Source: Desulfomonilia bacterium
GTDB lineage: Bacteria; Desulfobacterota; Desulfomonilia; UBA1062
Assembly: GCA_963664325.2 (NCBI GenBank)
Contig: CAXXDQ010000003.1
Span: 256,001-320,000, forward strand
Length of the DNA stretch: 64,000 bases
Reading direction: 5' to 3'
Shown: positions 28,817 to 38,494 of the stretch, in pieces
Position numbering within the stretch: position 1 is the stretch's first letter
Layout of the letters: each line of letters opens with the position of its first letter
Position numbers and translations under genes: made by a program
The notes under the pieces: model-generated
Database searches by the model: none
Seen by the model: the letters and a program-made list of their open reading frames with translations, nothing else
Told to the model about the DNA's origin: nothing

Positions 28817-30970
28817 ATGATCGCTTCTTCTGGTATCACGAGAGAGATATTCTGGAATGTCAAGGGAGACGGATTCCCGATTGTTGAGCCGCTTACCTAC
28901 ATACTGGCGCTTGTTGCAATTGTGATAATGATCCATGGTCTGTATGTCGGTGGTTTTTGGACCAGGTTGAAAATTGCAATGAAGGCAACCGGAACAGAAA
29001 CAAACAGGCTTAATAATATTGGAAAACGAATTTGGGATACAATTGTTGATGTGTTTGGCCATAAGAAAATACTTAGAGAGCCATTCCAGGGCATAATGCA
29101 CTTCCTGATATTCTGGGGGTTTGTAATCCTGTTTGCAGGCGCAGGAATTGATTTCTTGCAGGTCGATGTCATTGAGCCTATATTCCATTATCATTTCATG
29201 GAAAACGGTTTGTATATAGGATATTCACTGATAACTGATACTGCCGGCCTCATGGTAATAATCGGTCTCCTGATGGCGCTTTACCGCCGCTATGTGATGA
29301 AGCCTGCATGGCTTGATGAAAAACCGGAAGACAAGTGGATACTTTGGCTGCTTCTGGCAATTATCATCACTGGCTTTATGGTTGAGGGGCTTCGTATGCA
29401 GTCGACAGAAGCCCAGCCGGGCAATCCTATGCACAACTATATGTGGGCCAGTTATGTTGGTTATGTATTTTCCCTTATATTCAGTGCAATGAGCGTGCAG
29501 GCTGCAAAATCCACGCACCTGGTTGTCTGGTGGGTGCATTTCTTCACCGCGCTGGTATTCTTTGTATTGATAGCTTACACCAAACTGCTTCATATATTTA
29601 CTATTCCGGCAAACGTTCTGCTCAAGTCCGATGCGGCTGTTCCCCAGATCAAGTTCATGCCGCCTGAAATGTTCGAAAATGCCGAGACGTTCGGGATACA
29701 CAATGCCGAAGAATATTCATGGAAAGATATATTCGATACGGATGCATGTGTACGGTGCGGCAGATGTGTTGAAGTATGCCCGGCAAACCTTACCGACAAA
29801 CCTCTCAAACCGAGAGATGTAATACAGAACCTCAGGTCCCATCTTGAAGCCAAGTCCAAGCTGATCATCGGCCCGGACGGCAAGGTCAAGGCAATTCCCG
29901 ACGATCAATACACAGGTCCGCAGCTAATAGGTGATGCAATATCGCCAGATACGTTATGGGCATGTACGACATGTATGGCGTGTGTAGAGGCATGCCCCGC
30001 TTATATTACACAGTTTCCGAAACTTATTGACCTCAGGCGTTATCTGGTCATGATGATGTCCGACTTCCCGCCCGAAGTGCAGGTTGTCTTCAAGGGTTTT
30101 GAGAACAATTCCAACCCGTGGTGCATCGGTGCTCACAGCCGCGGCGATTGGACAAAGACCTGCAGTTCGATTACCCTTAGCGATGGAACTATTAAAGAGC
30201 TGCACATACCGCTTATGTCCGAAAAGGGAGGTGCTGAATATCTGTTCTATATCGGATGTGCAGGATCTTTTGATGAAAGAAACAAGAAAGTCACGATTGC
30301 ACTTGCCAAACTGTTTAACGAAGCAGGTCTTGATTACGCAATACTTGGCACTGAGGAAGGCTGCTGCGGTGATTCTGCAAAGAAGATTGGAAACGAGTAC
30401 ATTTACCAGGCACTTGCAATGGCCAATATAGAGACGTTTAAGACATACAATGTTAAAAAGATCATTACTTTGTGTCCGCACGGGTACAATACGCTTAAGC
30501 ACGATTACAAGGAACTTGGCGGAGACTTTGAAGTCTATCACTATACTGAGATTCTTGACGGCCTTATCAAGAGCGGCAAGATTAAGATGAAAAAGAAAAT
30601 TGAAGGACTTGGGAACATCACACTGCACGACTCGTGCTATCTCGGACGCTACAATAAAATATATGAACAGCCGAGAAACATACTGTCATCTCTCAATAGT
30701 GGCAGTCTGGTTGAAATGGCCAGCCATCATGCAAAGAGCTTCTGCTGCGGCGCAGGCGGCGGCAGGATGTGGATGGAAGAACACCTTGGAACACGTATAA
30801 ACCAGAAGAGGACGCAGCAAGCGTTGGCAACCGGTGCGAAAACCGTCTGTACCGCATGCCCATTCTGTCTCACCATGATTTCCGACGGCATTAAAGAGCT
30901 TGGGTTCGAAGAAAAACTACAGAGTTTTGATATCGCAGAACTGGTAGTTAAAGCAGCTGAACTCGAATAG
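28817..30970 (+). CDS. Membrane-bound Fe-S oxidoreductase (NarI-like TM domain, 2x[4Fe-4S], CCG domains); FadF/DUF224-type ETF:quinone oxidoreductase
   Basis: TM helices with His residues (MHFLIFWGF, WWVHFF, TKLLHIF); CVRCGRCVEVCP and CTTCMACVEACP; EEGCCGD and FCCGAGGG; follows etfBA. Confidence 0.9.
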   Translation: MIASSGITREIFWNVKGDGFPIVEPLTYILALVAIVIMIHGLYVGGFWTRLKIAMKATGTETNRLNNIGKRIWDTIVDVFGHKKILREPFQGIMHFLIFWGFVILFAGAGIDFLQVDVIEPIFHYHFMENGLYIGYSLITDTAGLMVIIGLLMALYRRYVMKPAWLDEKPEDKWILWLLLAIIITGFMVEGLRMQSTEAQPGNPMHNYMWASYVGYVFSLIFSAMSVQAAKSTHLVVWWVHFFTALVFFVLIAYTKLLHIFTIPANVLLKSDAAVPQIKFMPPEMFENAETFGIHNAEEYSWKDIFDTDACVRCGRCVEVCPANLTDKPLKPRDVIQNLRSHLEAKSKLIIGPDGKVKAIPDDQYTGPQLIGDAISPDTLWACTTCMACVEACPAYITQFPKLIDLRRYLVMMMSDFPPEVQVVFKGFENNSNPWCIGAHSRGDWTKTCSSITLSDGTIKELHIPLMSEKGGAEYLFYIGCAGSFDERNKKVTIALAKLFNEAGLDYAILGTEEGCCGDSAKKIGNEYIYQALAMANIETFKTYNVKKIITLCPHGYNTLKHDYKELGGDFEVYHYTEILDGLIKSGKIKMKKKIEGLGNITLHDSCYLGRYNKIYEQPRNILSSLNSGSLVEMASHHAKSFCCGAGGGRMWMEEHLGTRINQKRTQQALATGAKTVCTACPFCLTMISDGIKELGFEEKLQSFDIAELVVKAAELE

Positions 30971-30990
30971 TTATTGTAAGAAAATTCATT

Positions 30991-31026
30991 AAAAATAGGG
31001 GTACTTAAAGTACCCCTATTTTTTTC
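30991..31026. terminator. Perfect bidirectional Rho-independent terminator
   Basis: AAAAATAGGGGTACT-taa-AGTACCCCTATTTTT(TT). Confidence 0.85.
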
Positions 31027-31076
31027 TTGCCTTCTGATAACCTCTAAGTATACCTCAATATCAGGGGTACTATCGC

Positions 31077-31835
31077 ATGAAAATCGGTTTTCTGGTTAAA
31101 GATAAAGCTCAGCTTGAAAACCTTATAAAAGGCCTCAAGAACCAAGGTTGCGATACAGCAGTTTATATTGCCCCCGACCAATTAAAATCAATTGATATTA
31201 TGAAACTTTCTGAATTTATATATGAAACAGATTGTGATGTCATACATAATGAATTAGGTACACTTCCGCTTGCTTTGAATCAGGGAGGAATAACTCCCAT
31301 TTTAACTATCTTGTATTCCTGCCTGAGTGATGAGGATTTATTCATTGTCACCTCTTCCTCTAAGAGATGTTATTTTGCATCGGATAATATGGCGCTTTTC
31401 CCCAAGGAAATATTAAACAGGGCCTTTACGCTGAACGGATCGGACATAACAGGTTCATATTATGGAATTTATGAGAATATTCAAAAGGAAACAGCACGAG
31501 TTGACAGAAGACCATGGGGCTTTTATGAGGTTCTATCCGATAAGAATGATCACAAGGTGAAGAGGATTACTGTAAATCCGGGTAAAAGGCTTAGTCTGCA
31601 GTCTCATAAAATGAGGTCCGAGCACTGGATAGTTGTAAAAGGCAAGGGAGTTGTTACCATTAATGACAATAATTTTGAACTTGGAGAGGGCGAATCAATA
31701 GACATCGTGAAAGGAGCAGCCCATCGTATTTTAAATCCGGATGAGATCCCACTTGTATTCATTGAAATTCAAATGGGGGATTATTTCGGTGAGGATGATA
31801 TTATAAGATTTGAGGATGATTTCGGGAGAATCTGA
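31077..31835 (+). CDS. Mannose-6-phosphate isomerase type II C-terminal cupin fused to an unidentified N-terminal domain
   Basis: RPWGFY...KVKRITVNPGKRLSLQSH...EHW...FIEIQMGDYFGEDDIIRFEDDFGR. Confidence 0.85.
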   Translation: MKIGFLVKDKAQLENLIKGLKNQGCDTAVYIAPDQLKSIDIMKLSEFIYETDCDVIHNELGTLPLALNQGGITPILTILYSCLSDEDLFIVTSSSKRCYFASDNMALFPKEILNRAFTLNGSDITGSYYGIYENIQKETARVDRRPWGFYEVLSDKNDHKVKRITVNPGKRLSLQSHKMRSEHWIVVKGKGVVTINDNNFELGEGESIDIVKGAAHRILNPDEIPLVFIEIQMGDYFGEDDIIRFEDDFGRI

Positions 31836-31837
31836 TC

Positions 31838-32089
31838 ATGCATAACGAAAAGTACTATAAAGAGGTTAATAAAAAACTCCTCAATGAGGCACAAAAAGCA
31901 GGACTTTCTATTATTGAAGACAAAATAAATCGCAGGGGCGGCGTATGTCGCCTTGATGAAAAAATAATTGTAATCTATGACAGGAATACTGTTTGGCAGG
32001 AACGCAACAGGCTTATTGCTGAGGCTCTTGAGCTGGCCGGCAGCAATTCCTCACACGGAAATGAAACTGATGAGGCATCTGAAAAATAG
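31838..32089 (+). CDS. Small hypothetical protein
   Basis: 83 aa, starts 2 nt after the previous stop, GGVCRL motif. Confidence 0.55.
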   Translation: MHNEKYYKEVNKKLLNEAQKAGLSIIEDKINRRGGVCRLDEKIIVIYDRNTVWQERNRLIAEALELAGSNSSHGNETDEASEK

Positions 32090-32119
32090 AGCGGTTTGAT
32101 AACTATATGTCTGTTTTCT

Positions 32120-34060
32120 TCAGCCATCAAGAACTTCACGGACCTTGACAGCCAGTTCCTTTAAAGAAAACGGTTTTCTGAGGAAATATAAACCTTCGTC
32201 CAGCACACCGTGATGAGCAATGATATCAGCCGTATAACCCGACATGAACAGACTCTTAAGGTTCGGATACACAGAAAGAAGCTTCCTGGTCATTTCAGCT
32301 CCATTCATTTCTGGCATAACCACGTCAGTTATGAGCAGGTGGATCTTTTCATTAGCATGATCTTCGGCAAGACGTATGGCCTCTCCCGGGCTGGTGGTGG
32401 CCAGCACTGTATATCCTAGGCCCTCGAGCATATTTTTAGTCATTTTCAGTATTGCCGGTTCATCTTCAACCAGAAGAATTATTTCATGGCCGCCCATAAC
32501 AGGGTCTTCTGCTCCCTTTTCCTGTGTCTCATCTGTTTCGCCCGAATATCGTGGAAGGTAGATGGTGATTGTCGTGCCTTGCCCAGGCTCGCTGGACACA
32601 TTGATGAAACCTTTATTCTGCTTGACGATTCCATACACTGTTGCCAGACCCAGACCGATGCCCTTCCCGAGTTCCTTGGTAGTGAAAAACGGTTCGAATA
32701 TATTAGCCAGTGTTTCCCTGTCCATACCGCAGCCATTGTCGCTGACGGTAAGTTTTGCATATTCTCCTGGTTCAAAGTCAAAGTGGGCGGAATGGTAGTC
32801 CTTTTCAAACAATGTGGTGTCTGTCTCAATTGTTAAACTGCCGATACCTACGATGGCATCGCGGGCGTTGATGCAAAGGTTGGCCAGAATCTGGTCAATC
32901 TGGGACGGATCCATCTTGACCGGCCACACTTCCTTTCCCGGCAGCCAGATGAGATCAATATCCTCACCGATTATCATCCGCAGCATTTTCAGCATGCTTT
33001 CTATGGTCTCATTTAAATCGAGAACCTTGGGGGTAATTGCCTCCTTGCGTGCAAAGGCCAGCAGTTGTCGCGTGAGATTTGTGGAGCGTTGGGCCGCCTG
33101 TTGGATTTCCTGAAGGTCTGTATGGAGCGGATGTGACGGGTTGATTTTTTTTAGGGCAAGTTCCGAATGCCCAAGGATCACGGCCAGCATGTTGTTGAAA
33201 TCATGGGCTACTCCGCCTGCCAGCCTTCCCACCGATTCCATCTTCTGGGCCTGGAATAGCTGGGCTTCCAGTTTTATCCTTTCCTCTCGTGCTCTTTTGC
33301 GAGAAGTGATGTCATACCCTATGCTTATGACTGTCTCATCTGGAAGATTATAGCTGGCCCACAAAGTTGTCAGTTCTTTTCTGTCTCTAGTTAAGGGATG
33401 CCATTCTTTAAAGGTGTTATCCGGATTTGTGATGAATGCTTCGACAGCTTCATTACGTACATTCTGATCAGGGAAGAGCAAGGCAAACGGTTCTTTCTGG
33501 GTATTGATATCATAAATTGTCCAGCCGAAAACTTTCTCAAACTCACTGTTCATTAATGTGCAGCAGCCATTTTTCTCAAATCCTAAAATCATGATAGGCG
33601 CATTCTCAAAAAGTATTCTGAAGCATTCTTCGCTCTTGATCAAATCTGATAACGCCTTCTTTCTCTCCTTTCTTAAAGCAGCCTGTTCCAGTTCCCTGTT
33701 TATTGCTGGAAGCAGCCTGGAAAGATCGTTTTTCGGAACATAGTCATTGGCTCCAAGAATCATGGCATTAATTGATTCATTTTGAAGCATTGTTCCGGAA
33801 ACAATTATTAAGGGAAGATCTATGCCGCTGTTCTTCAATATTTCAATTGCCTGAAATGAGTCGAAAGATTGCATGTCATTATCGGCTATAATGATGTCCC
33901 ATTCACTTATGCCAAGCTGTTCTTTCATTTCCTTTGCCGTGAAGATGCATACATGCTGCACACGATAATTTTTTTCAAGTTCCTTGAATAACGATATTTT
34001 ATCTTTGTCTGAATCTTCGAGAATAAGCACACGCAAAGGTTTTTTGTCATTTTTATTCAT
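32120..34060 (-). CDS. Hybrid sensor histidine kinase (REC-PAS-HisKA-HATPase-REC)
   Basis: N-terminal REC (LILEDS...IIADNDM), PAS (FENAPIMI), H-box [16 protein letters not shown]-box [21 protein letters not shown]-terminal [16 protein letters not shown]. Confidence 0.93.
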   Translation of the reverse strand: MNKNDKKPLRVLILEDSDKDKISLFKELEKNYRVQHVCIFTAKEMKEQLGISEWDIIIADNDMQSFDSFQAIEILKNSGIDLPLIIVSGTMLQNESINAMILGANDYVPKNDLSRLLPAINRELEQAALRKERKKALSDLIKSEECFRILFENAPIMILGFEKNGCCTLMNSEFEKVFGWTIYDINTQKEPFALLFPDQNVRNEAVEAFITNPDNTFKEWHPLTRDRKELTTLWASYNLPDETVISIGYDITSRKRAREERIKLEAQLFQAQKMESVGRLAGGVAHDFNNMLAVILGHSELALKKINPSHPLHTDLQEIQQAAQRSTNLTRQLLAFARKEAITPKVLDLNETIESMLKMLRMIIGEDIDLIWLPGKEVWPVKMDPSQIDQILANLCINARDAIVGIGSLTIETDTTLFEKDYHSAHFDFEPGEYAKLTVSDNGCGMDRETLANIFEPFFTTKELGKGIGLGLATVYGIVKQNKGFINVSSEPGQGTTITIYLPRYSGETDETQEKGAEDPVMGGHEIILLVEDEPAILKMTKNMLEGLGYTVLATTSPGEAIRLAEDHANEKIHLLITDVVMPEMNGAEMTRKLLSVYPNLKSLFMSGYTADIIAHHGVLDEGLYFLRKPFSLKELAVKVREVLDG

Positions 34061-34558
34061 AGCTCTCTCCTAATCTCCGGATTCTGCCTTTGCCGGAATG
34101 ATCTCTAAACAATCATATCATCGGCGCTTACATAGCACACCTGAATATATTCATTCCGGGGAGCTTCATAATACCGATGATGGTATATACTCATTTCAAC
34201 ATTATAAACCCTTTGAGTTGCGGTTTCCACTCAAACCAATTCATCATGAAAATATTTTTTACCCCGGATTGCATTTTTCGATCAATTCAATTTCGATTAC
34301 TTTTGTCAATAATTAATCACCTCAGAAAAAGCATGTCGTCATACTGGAGAAAGTCTGTTGCCCATTTCAATACTTCAGTAATCTCGTCCTGCAACAATGT
34401 AGTTTATGGTTGCAGATGGCAGACAGTAAATATAACAAATATGAAATTGATGCAGACCTGGAAAACCATATATTATAACATGCAATGCTTAGGAAAAGGT
34501 AAGACGCATCACTTGAAAATAAATAAAAAATTAAAGAAGCAGCATTATAGGAGACGTT

Positions 34559-35386
34559 ATGAAAAGGGCAATAAATCTTGATGAACATCTTGGTATCATG
34601 GTGAAGCAAGTTAAAAAAGTAGCGGAAATGCTTTGGAATAAAGGCTGGGCAGAGGCAAATGCAGGTAATCTTTCCATTGATATAACAGAAAATTTCATAT
34701 TTTCTGACAAGAAAAAGGATATTCCGAAAACAGATATAATGCTCAGGCAAGAAGGATATACAAACCTTGGAAACAGAATATTTCTGATAACCGGGTCGGG
34801 ATGCAGGTTCAGGGACATAGCTGAACATCCTGAAAGCGGCATGTGCATAGTGCTAATATCTCAAGATGGATCAGCATACGGCATATCAGAAGCTTATGGT
34901 TTCAATAAGGACATCAGACCAACATCGGAGCTATCAACACACCTTTTGCTTCATGATTATTTCAGGAAAACAGGCTTGAAAGACAAGGTCGTAATTCATA
35001 CGCACCCAACCGAACTGGTGGCTCTCTCGCAGATAAAACGGCTCTGGAATGAAAAACTGTTGAACTCGAAGCTTCACGGCATGCTGCCGGAGGTGAAAGT
35101 CTTAATTCCAAAAGGGGCCGGACTGGTTGACTATGCCCTTCCCGGTTCGGAAAAACTGGCTGAATCCACCCTGGAAAAAGCGATTAAGAGCCACAAGGTC
35201 ATCATATGGCAGAAGCACGGTTGCCTGGCAGTTTCAGATACTCCGTTCGGGGCATTTGATATAATTGATATATTAAACAAAGGAGCACAGGTATTACTTG
35301 CATGTCTGAATGCGGGTGAGACGCCTGAGGGTCTTAATGAAACTGAACTTATGGAACTAAAGCAGGCTTTCAACCTTCCATATTGA
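34559..35386 (+). CDS. rhaD: Rhamnulose-1-phosphate aldolase
   Basis: KGWAEANAGNLS, FLITGSGCRFRD, PTSELSTH, VIHTHPTEL, WQKHG; class II aldolase next to rhaB and rhaA. Confidence 0.9.
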   Translation: MKRAINLDEHLGIMVKQVKKVAEMLWNKGWAEANAGNLSIDITENFIFSDKKKDIPKTDIMLRQEGYTNLGNRIFLITGSGCRFRDIAEHPESGMCIVLISQDGSAYGISEAYGFNKDIRPTSELSTHLLLHDYFRKTGLKDKVVIHTHPTELVALSQIKRLWNEKLLNSKLHGMLPEVKVLIPKGAGLVDYALPGSEKLAESTLEKAIKSHKVIIWQKHGCLAVSDTPFGAFDIIDILNKGAQVLLACLNAGETPEGLNETELMELKQAFNLPY

Positions 35387-35398
35387 GGCTTGATTGTC

Positions 35399-36874
35399 AT
35401 GTCAGTTCATCTCGCGATCGATCTTGGTGCAGAAAGCGGCAGGGCAATACTCGGAATACTTGAGGGAAAAAGGCTTGAAATTCATGAGATTCATCGCTTT
35501 CCGACAGGTTTTCTGAAAATAAGTGATAGGCTGTACTGGAATATTTTCAGATTCTTTGAAGAACTTAAAAAGGCCCTGCATCTGTGCGCCAGAAAGATTA
35601 TTCCTGATTCTATCGGTATCGACACATGGGGGGTTGATTTTGGACTTCTTGATACTTGCGGGCAATTAATCAGCCTGCCGTTTTCCTACCGAGACAAACG
35701 CACCGAAGGTGCAGCGGATTCATTTTTCCATAAATTAAACAGGGAGGAGGTCTATAAAATAACGGGAGTTCAATTCATGGAATTCAATACACTTTTCCAG
35801 CTTGAATCCATGAGGAGAGATAAATCTCCGCTGCTAGAGATTGCCGATTCTATTTTGTTCATTCCTGATATATTAAATTATTTTTTATGCGGTATCAAAA
35901 AGACCGAGTTTACATTTGCCACCACTTCGCAGATATTCAATCCGTCTTTGATGACATGGGATCCTGATCTTATATCTGCGCTCGAGATAAAGCCGTCATT
36001 GTTCCAGGATATAATATCACCGGGGTCGATATTTGGAAACCTGTCAGCCGATATTTCAAAAGAAACCGGAATTCCTGAAGTTCCAATCATTGCTGTCGCT
36101 GCGCATGACACGGCCTCTGCTGTTGCTGCAGTCCCTTCATATGACCGCGACTGGGCGTATATCAGTTCAGGGACATGGTCGCTCATGGGCGCTGAAAATG
36201 ACAGACCGGTAATAAACGAGGCGTCACTCAGGTCGAATTTTACAAATGAAGGTGGAGTACAGGGCCGGTGGAGGATTCTGAAGAATATTGCAGGCATGTG
36301 GCTTCTGCAGGAATGCAGAAAGGCATGGGAATCAGAAGGATACTCTCCATCTTATGATAAACTGATCAGCGAAGCAGGATCAGCCCGGGCTTTTTCAGTA
36401 CTGATTGATCCTGATTACAAAGGTTTTAAATCTCCTACTGATATGCCCGAGGCCATAAAAAAATACTGTATGGAAACTGAACAGCCAGTTCCGCAAAACA
36501 GAGGAGAAATAACAAGGTCAATTCTGGAAGGCCTTGCACTTAAATACCGATTCGTACTCGGACAACTCAGAGAGATATACGGTCCTGATATAAACAGAAT
36601 TCACATAATCGGCGGAGGGAGTAGAAATGACATGTTGAACAGGTTTACTGCAGACGCGACTGGACTTCCGGTTATTGCAGGGCCAATGGAGGCAACCGCA
36701 ATAGGAAATCTTCTCATGCAGGCGTTTGCACTTGGCGAAATAGGAAGTCTTGATGAGCTGAGAGATATAGTACGCAGATCATTCGAAACAAAAAAATATG
36801 ATATATCCCCCGGCAGGGACAAGTGGGATACAATCTATGATGAGTATAAAAAACTGATAAAACGGGGTGTTTAA
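35399..36874 (+). CDS. rhaB: Rhamnulokinase
   Basis: LAIDLGAESGR, GIDTWGVDFG, HDTASA, YISSGTWSL, FTNEGG, GGGSRN, EATAIGN. Confidence 0.93.
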   Translation: MSVHLAIDLGAESGRAILGILEGKRLEIHEIHRFPTGFLKISDRLYWNIFRFFEELKKALHLCARKIIPDSIGIDTWGVDFGLLDTCGQLISLPFSYRDKRTEGAADSFFHKLNREEVYKITGVQFMEFNTLFQLESMRRDKSPLLEIADSILFIPDILNYFLCGIKKTEFTFATTSQIFNPSLMTWDPDLISALEIKPSLFQDIISPGSIFGNLSADISKETGIPEVPIIAVAAHDTASAVAAVPSYDRDWAYISSGTWSLMGAENDRPVINEASLRSNFTNEGGVQGRWRILKNIAGMWLLQECRKAWESEGYSPSYDKLISEAGSARAFSVLIDPDYKGFKSPTDMPEAIKKYCMETEQPVPQNRGEITRSILEGLALKYRFVLGQLREIYGPDINRIHIIGGGSRNDMLNRFTADATGLPVIAGPMEATAIGNLLMQAFALGEIGSLDELRDIVRRSFETKKYDISPGRDKWDTIYDEYKKLIKRGV

Positions 36875-38155
36875 ATGGATGAAACATTGATTCAAAAAGC
36901 ATACGAAATCGCTGAGCAAAAATATGCGGAATATGATGTTAATGTATCTGAAGTGCTTAAGAAAATGAATAGCCTGTCATTGTCCGTACACTGCTGGCAG
37001 GGTGATGATGTAAGGGGTTTTGAAATATCGGGTTCGGAACCTGGCGGCGGTCTGGCAGTAACGGGCAATTATCCGGGAAGGGCAAGAAATGCCGGAGAGC
37101 TTCAAACAGATTTGAAAACCGCACTGTCCTTTATACCGGGCAGGCACAGGATTAACCTTCATGCAATCTATGGAGATTTCTCGGAATTCAACAAGGACAG
37201 GGATTCTTTAACTTACTCCCAGTATTTGAACTGGGTGGATTGGGCCAAGGAGCAAAGCTTGGCCCTGGATTTCAATGCTTCATGTTTCGGACATGTAAAA
37301 TCCGCTGATGGCTGGACTCTTAGTTCGCTTGAAGAAGACAAAAGGCTCTTCTGGGTAGAGCATGTAAAAAGATGCCGTGAAATAGGGGAATATTTCGGAA
37401 GAACTCTTGGTGAACCCTGTGTACATAATCTGTGGATACCAGACGGCTGCAAGGACAGCACGATGCTGCGTGTTAAAAGAAGAGAGAAACTGAAGCAGTC
37501 ATTATCAGAGATATATTCTGTGCGTCATGACAGGACATGCCTGATGGACAGCGTTGAGAGCAAACTCTTCGGCATCGGTTCAGAAGCTTTTGTAACAGGA
37601 TCTCATGAGTTCTATACGCAATGGGTATCTGATCATAATTTTAAAAATACAGATAATGTGATGCTGTGTCTTGATATGGGTCATTTCCATCCGACCGAAT
37701 CTGTTGCTGACAAGGTATCTTCAATTCTTATGTTTCATCAGAGGCTTCTTCTTCATATAAGCCGGGGATTGAGATGGGATTCCGATCATGTTGCAATCCT
37801 TGATGATGGTTTAAAGGAATTGATGCTTGAAATAGTAAGAGCTGACGCACTTGAAAGGACATATATTGCACTTGATTATTTCGATGCATCAATAAACAGG
37901 GTCGGAGCATGGGTTGCGGGGGCACGCTCAACCCTTATGGCTGTTCTTTTTGCACTGCTGGAGCCTCGTGACAAAATAAGGGAATATGAATTGGAAGGGG
38001 ATGATCTAAGCAAGCTGGCACTCATGGAAACATGTAAAGCCATGCCTTTCAGTGCCATATGGGATTACTGGTGCGCTGCTAATAATGTACCTGAGGGGAT
38101 TTACTGGCTTGATAATATCCGGGCATACGAGAAGGAAGTATTATCGAAGAGATAA
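36875..38155 (+). CDS. rhaA: L-rhamnose isomerase
   Basis: SVHCWQGDDVRGFE, TGNYPGRARN, INLHAIY, VESKLFGIGSE, DMGHFHPTE, RWDSDHV, LDYFDASINR. Confidence 0.96.
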   Translation: MDETLIQKAYEIAEQKYAEYDVNVSEVLKKMNSLSLSVHCWQGDDVRGFEISGSEPGGGLAVTGNYPGRARNAGELQTDLKTALSFIPGRHRINLHAIYGDFSEFNKDRDSLTYSQYLNWVDWAKEQSLALDFNASCFGHVKSADGWTLSSLEEDKRLFWVEHVKRCREIGEYFGRTLGEPCVHNLWIPDGCKDSTMLRVKRREKLKQSLSEIYSVRHDRTCLMDSVESKLFGIGSEAFVTGSHEFYTQWVSDHNFKNTDNVMLCLDMGHFHPTESVADKVSSILMFHQRLLLHISRGLRWDSDHVAILDDGLKELMLEIVRADALERTYIALDYFDASINRVGAWVAGARSTLMAVLFALLEPRDKIREYELEGDDLSKLALMETCKAMPFSAIWDYWCAANNVPEGIYWLDNIRAYEKEVLSKR

Positions 38156-38159
38156 ACGG

Positions 38160-38483
38160 CTAATCCAGGTGAAAGATTTCTTCAAGTTCGAGCATGCCCT
38201 GATCCGGATTCAACCCGCCGAGATTCTCAAAATAGGGCTCCATGAAAGCCTGCCATCTTGTATTTATTTCTTCCTTGGACATGCCTTCAAGAGAATCCTG
38301 AAATGTTCCTGGTGTTTCGAAATATCCGAATAACAAGCCGTCATTTTTTAAAAAAAGCGAATAATTGTGCCAGCCGGTTTTTTTCAGCGCTTCAAGCATC
38401 TCAGGCCAGACTTTTTTATGGTGCTCTATGTATTCGTCAATCTTATCCGGTCTAAGTTTTAATATAAACCCGATGCGATTCAT
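38160..38483 (-). CDS. rhaM: L-rhamnose mutarotase
   Basis: EYIEHHKKVWPEM...GWHNYSLFL...LFGYFE...RWQAFM...LEEIFHLD. Confidence 0.9.
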   Translation of the reverse strand: MNRIGFILKLRPDKIDEYIEHHKKVWPEMLEALKKTGWHNYSLFLKNDGLLFGYFETPGTFQDSLEGMSKEEINTRWQAFMEPYFENLGGLNPDQGMLELEEIFHLD

Positions 38484-38494
38484 ATTAAACCAGG

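Noticed and set aside
28514-30628. Long antisense ORFs (226 aa and 224 aa) opposite etfA and the FeS oxidoreductase, and similar shadow ORFs elsewhere
   Set aside because: They overlap well-supported genes on the other strand and have no motifs; these are codon-bias shadows.
34098-34848. Short ORFs in and around the kinase-rhaD intergenic region (34098-34316, 34177-34581, 34367-34828)
   Set aside because: No recognisable motifs or RBS, atypical composition, and overlap with rhaD; probably spurious.
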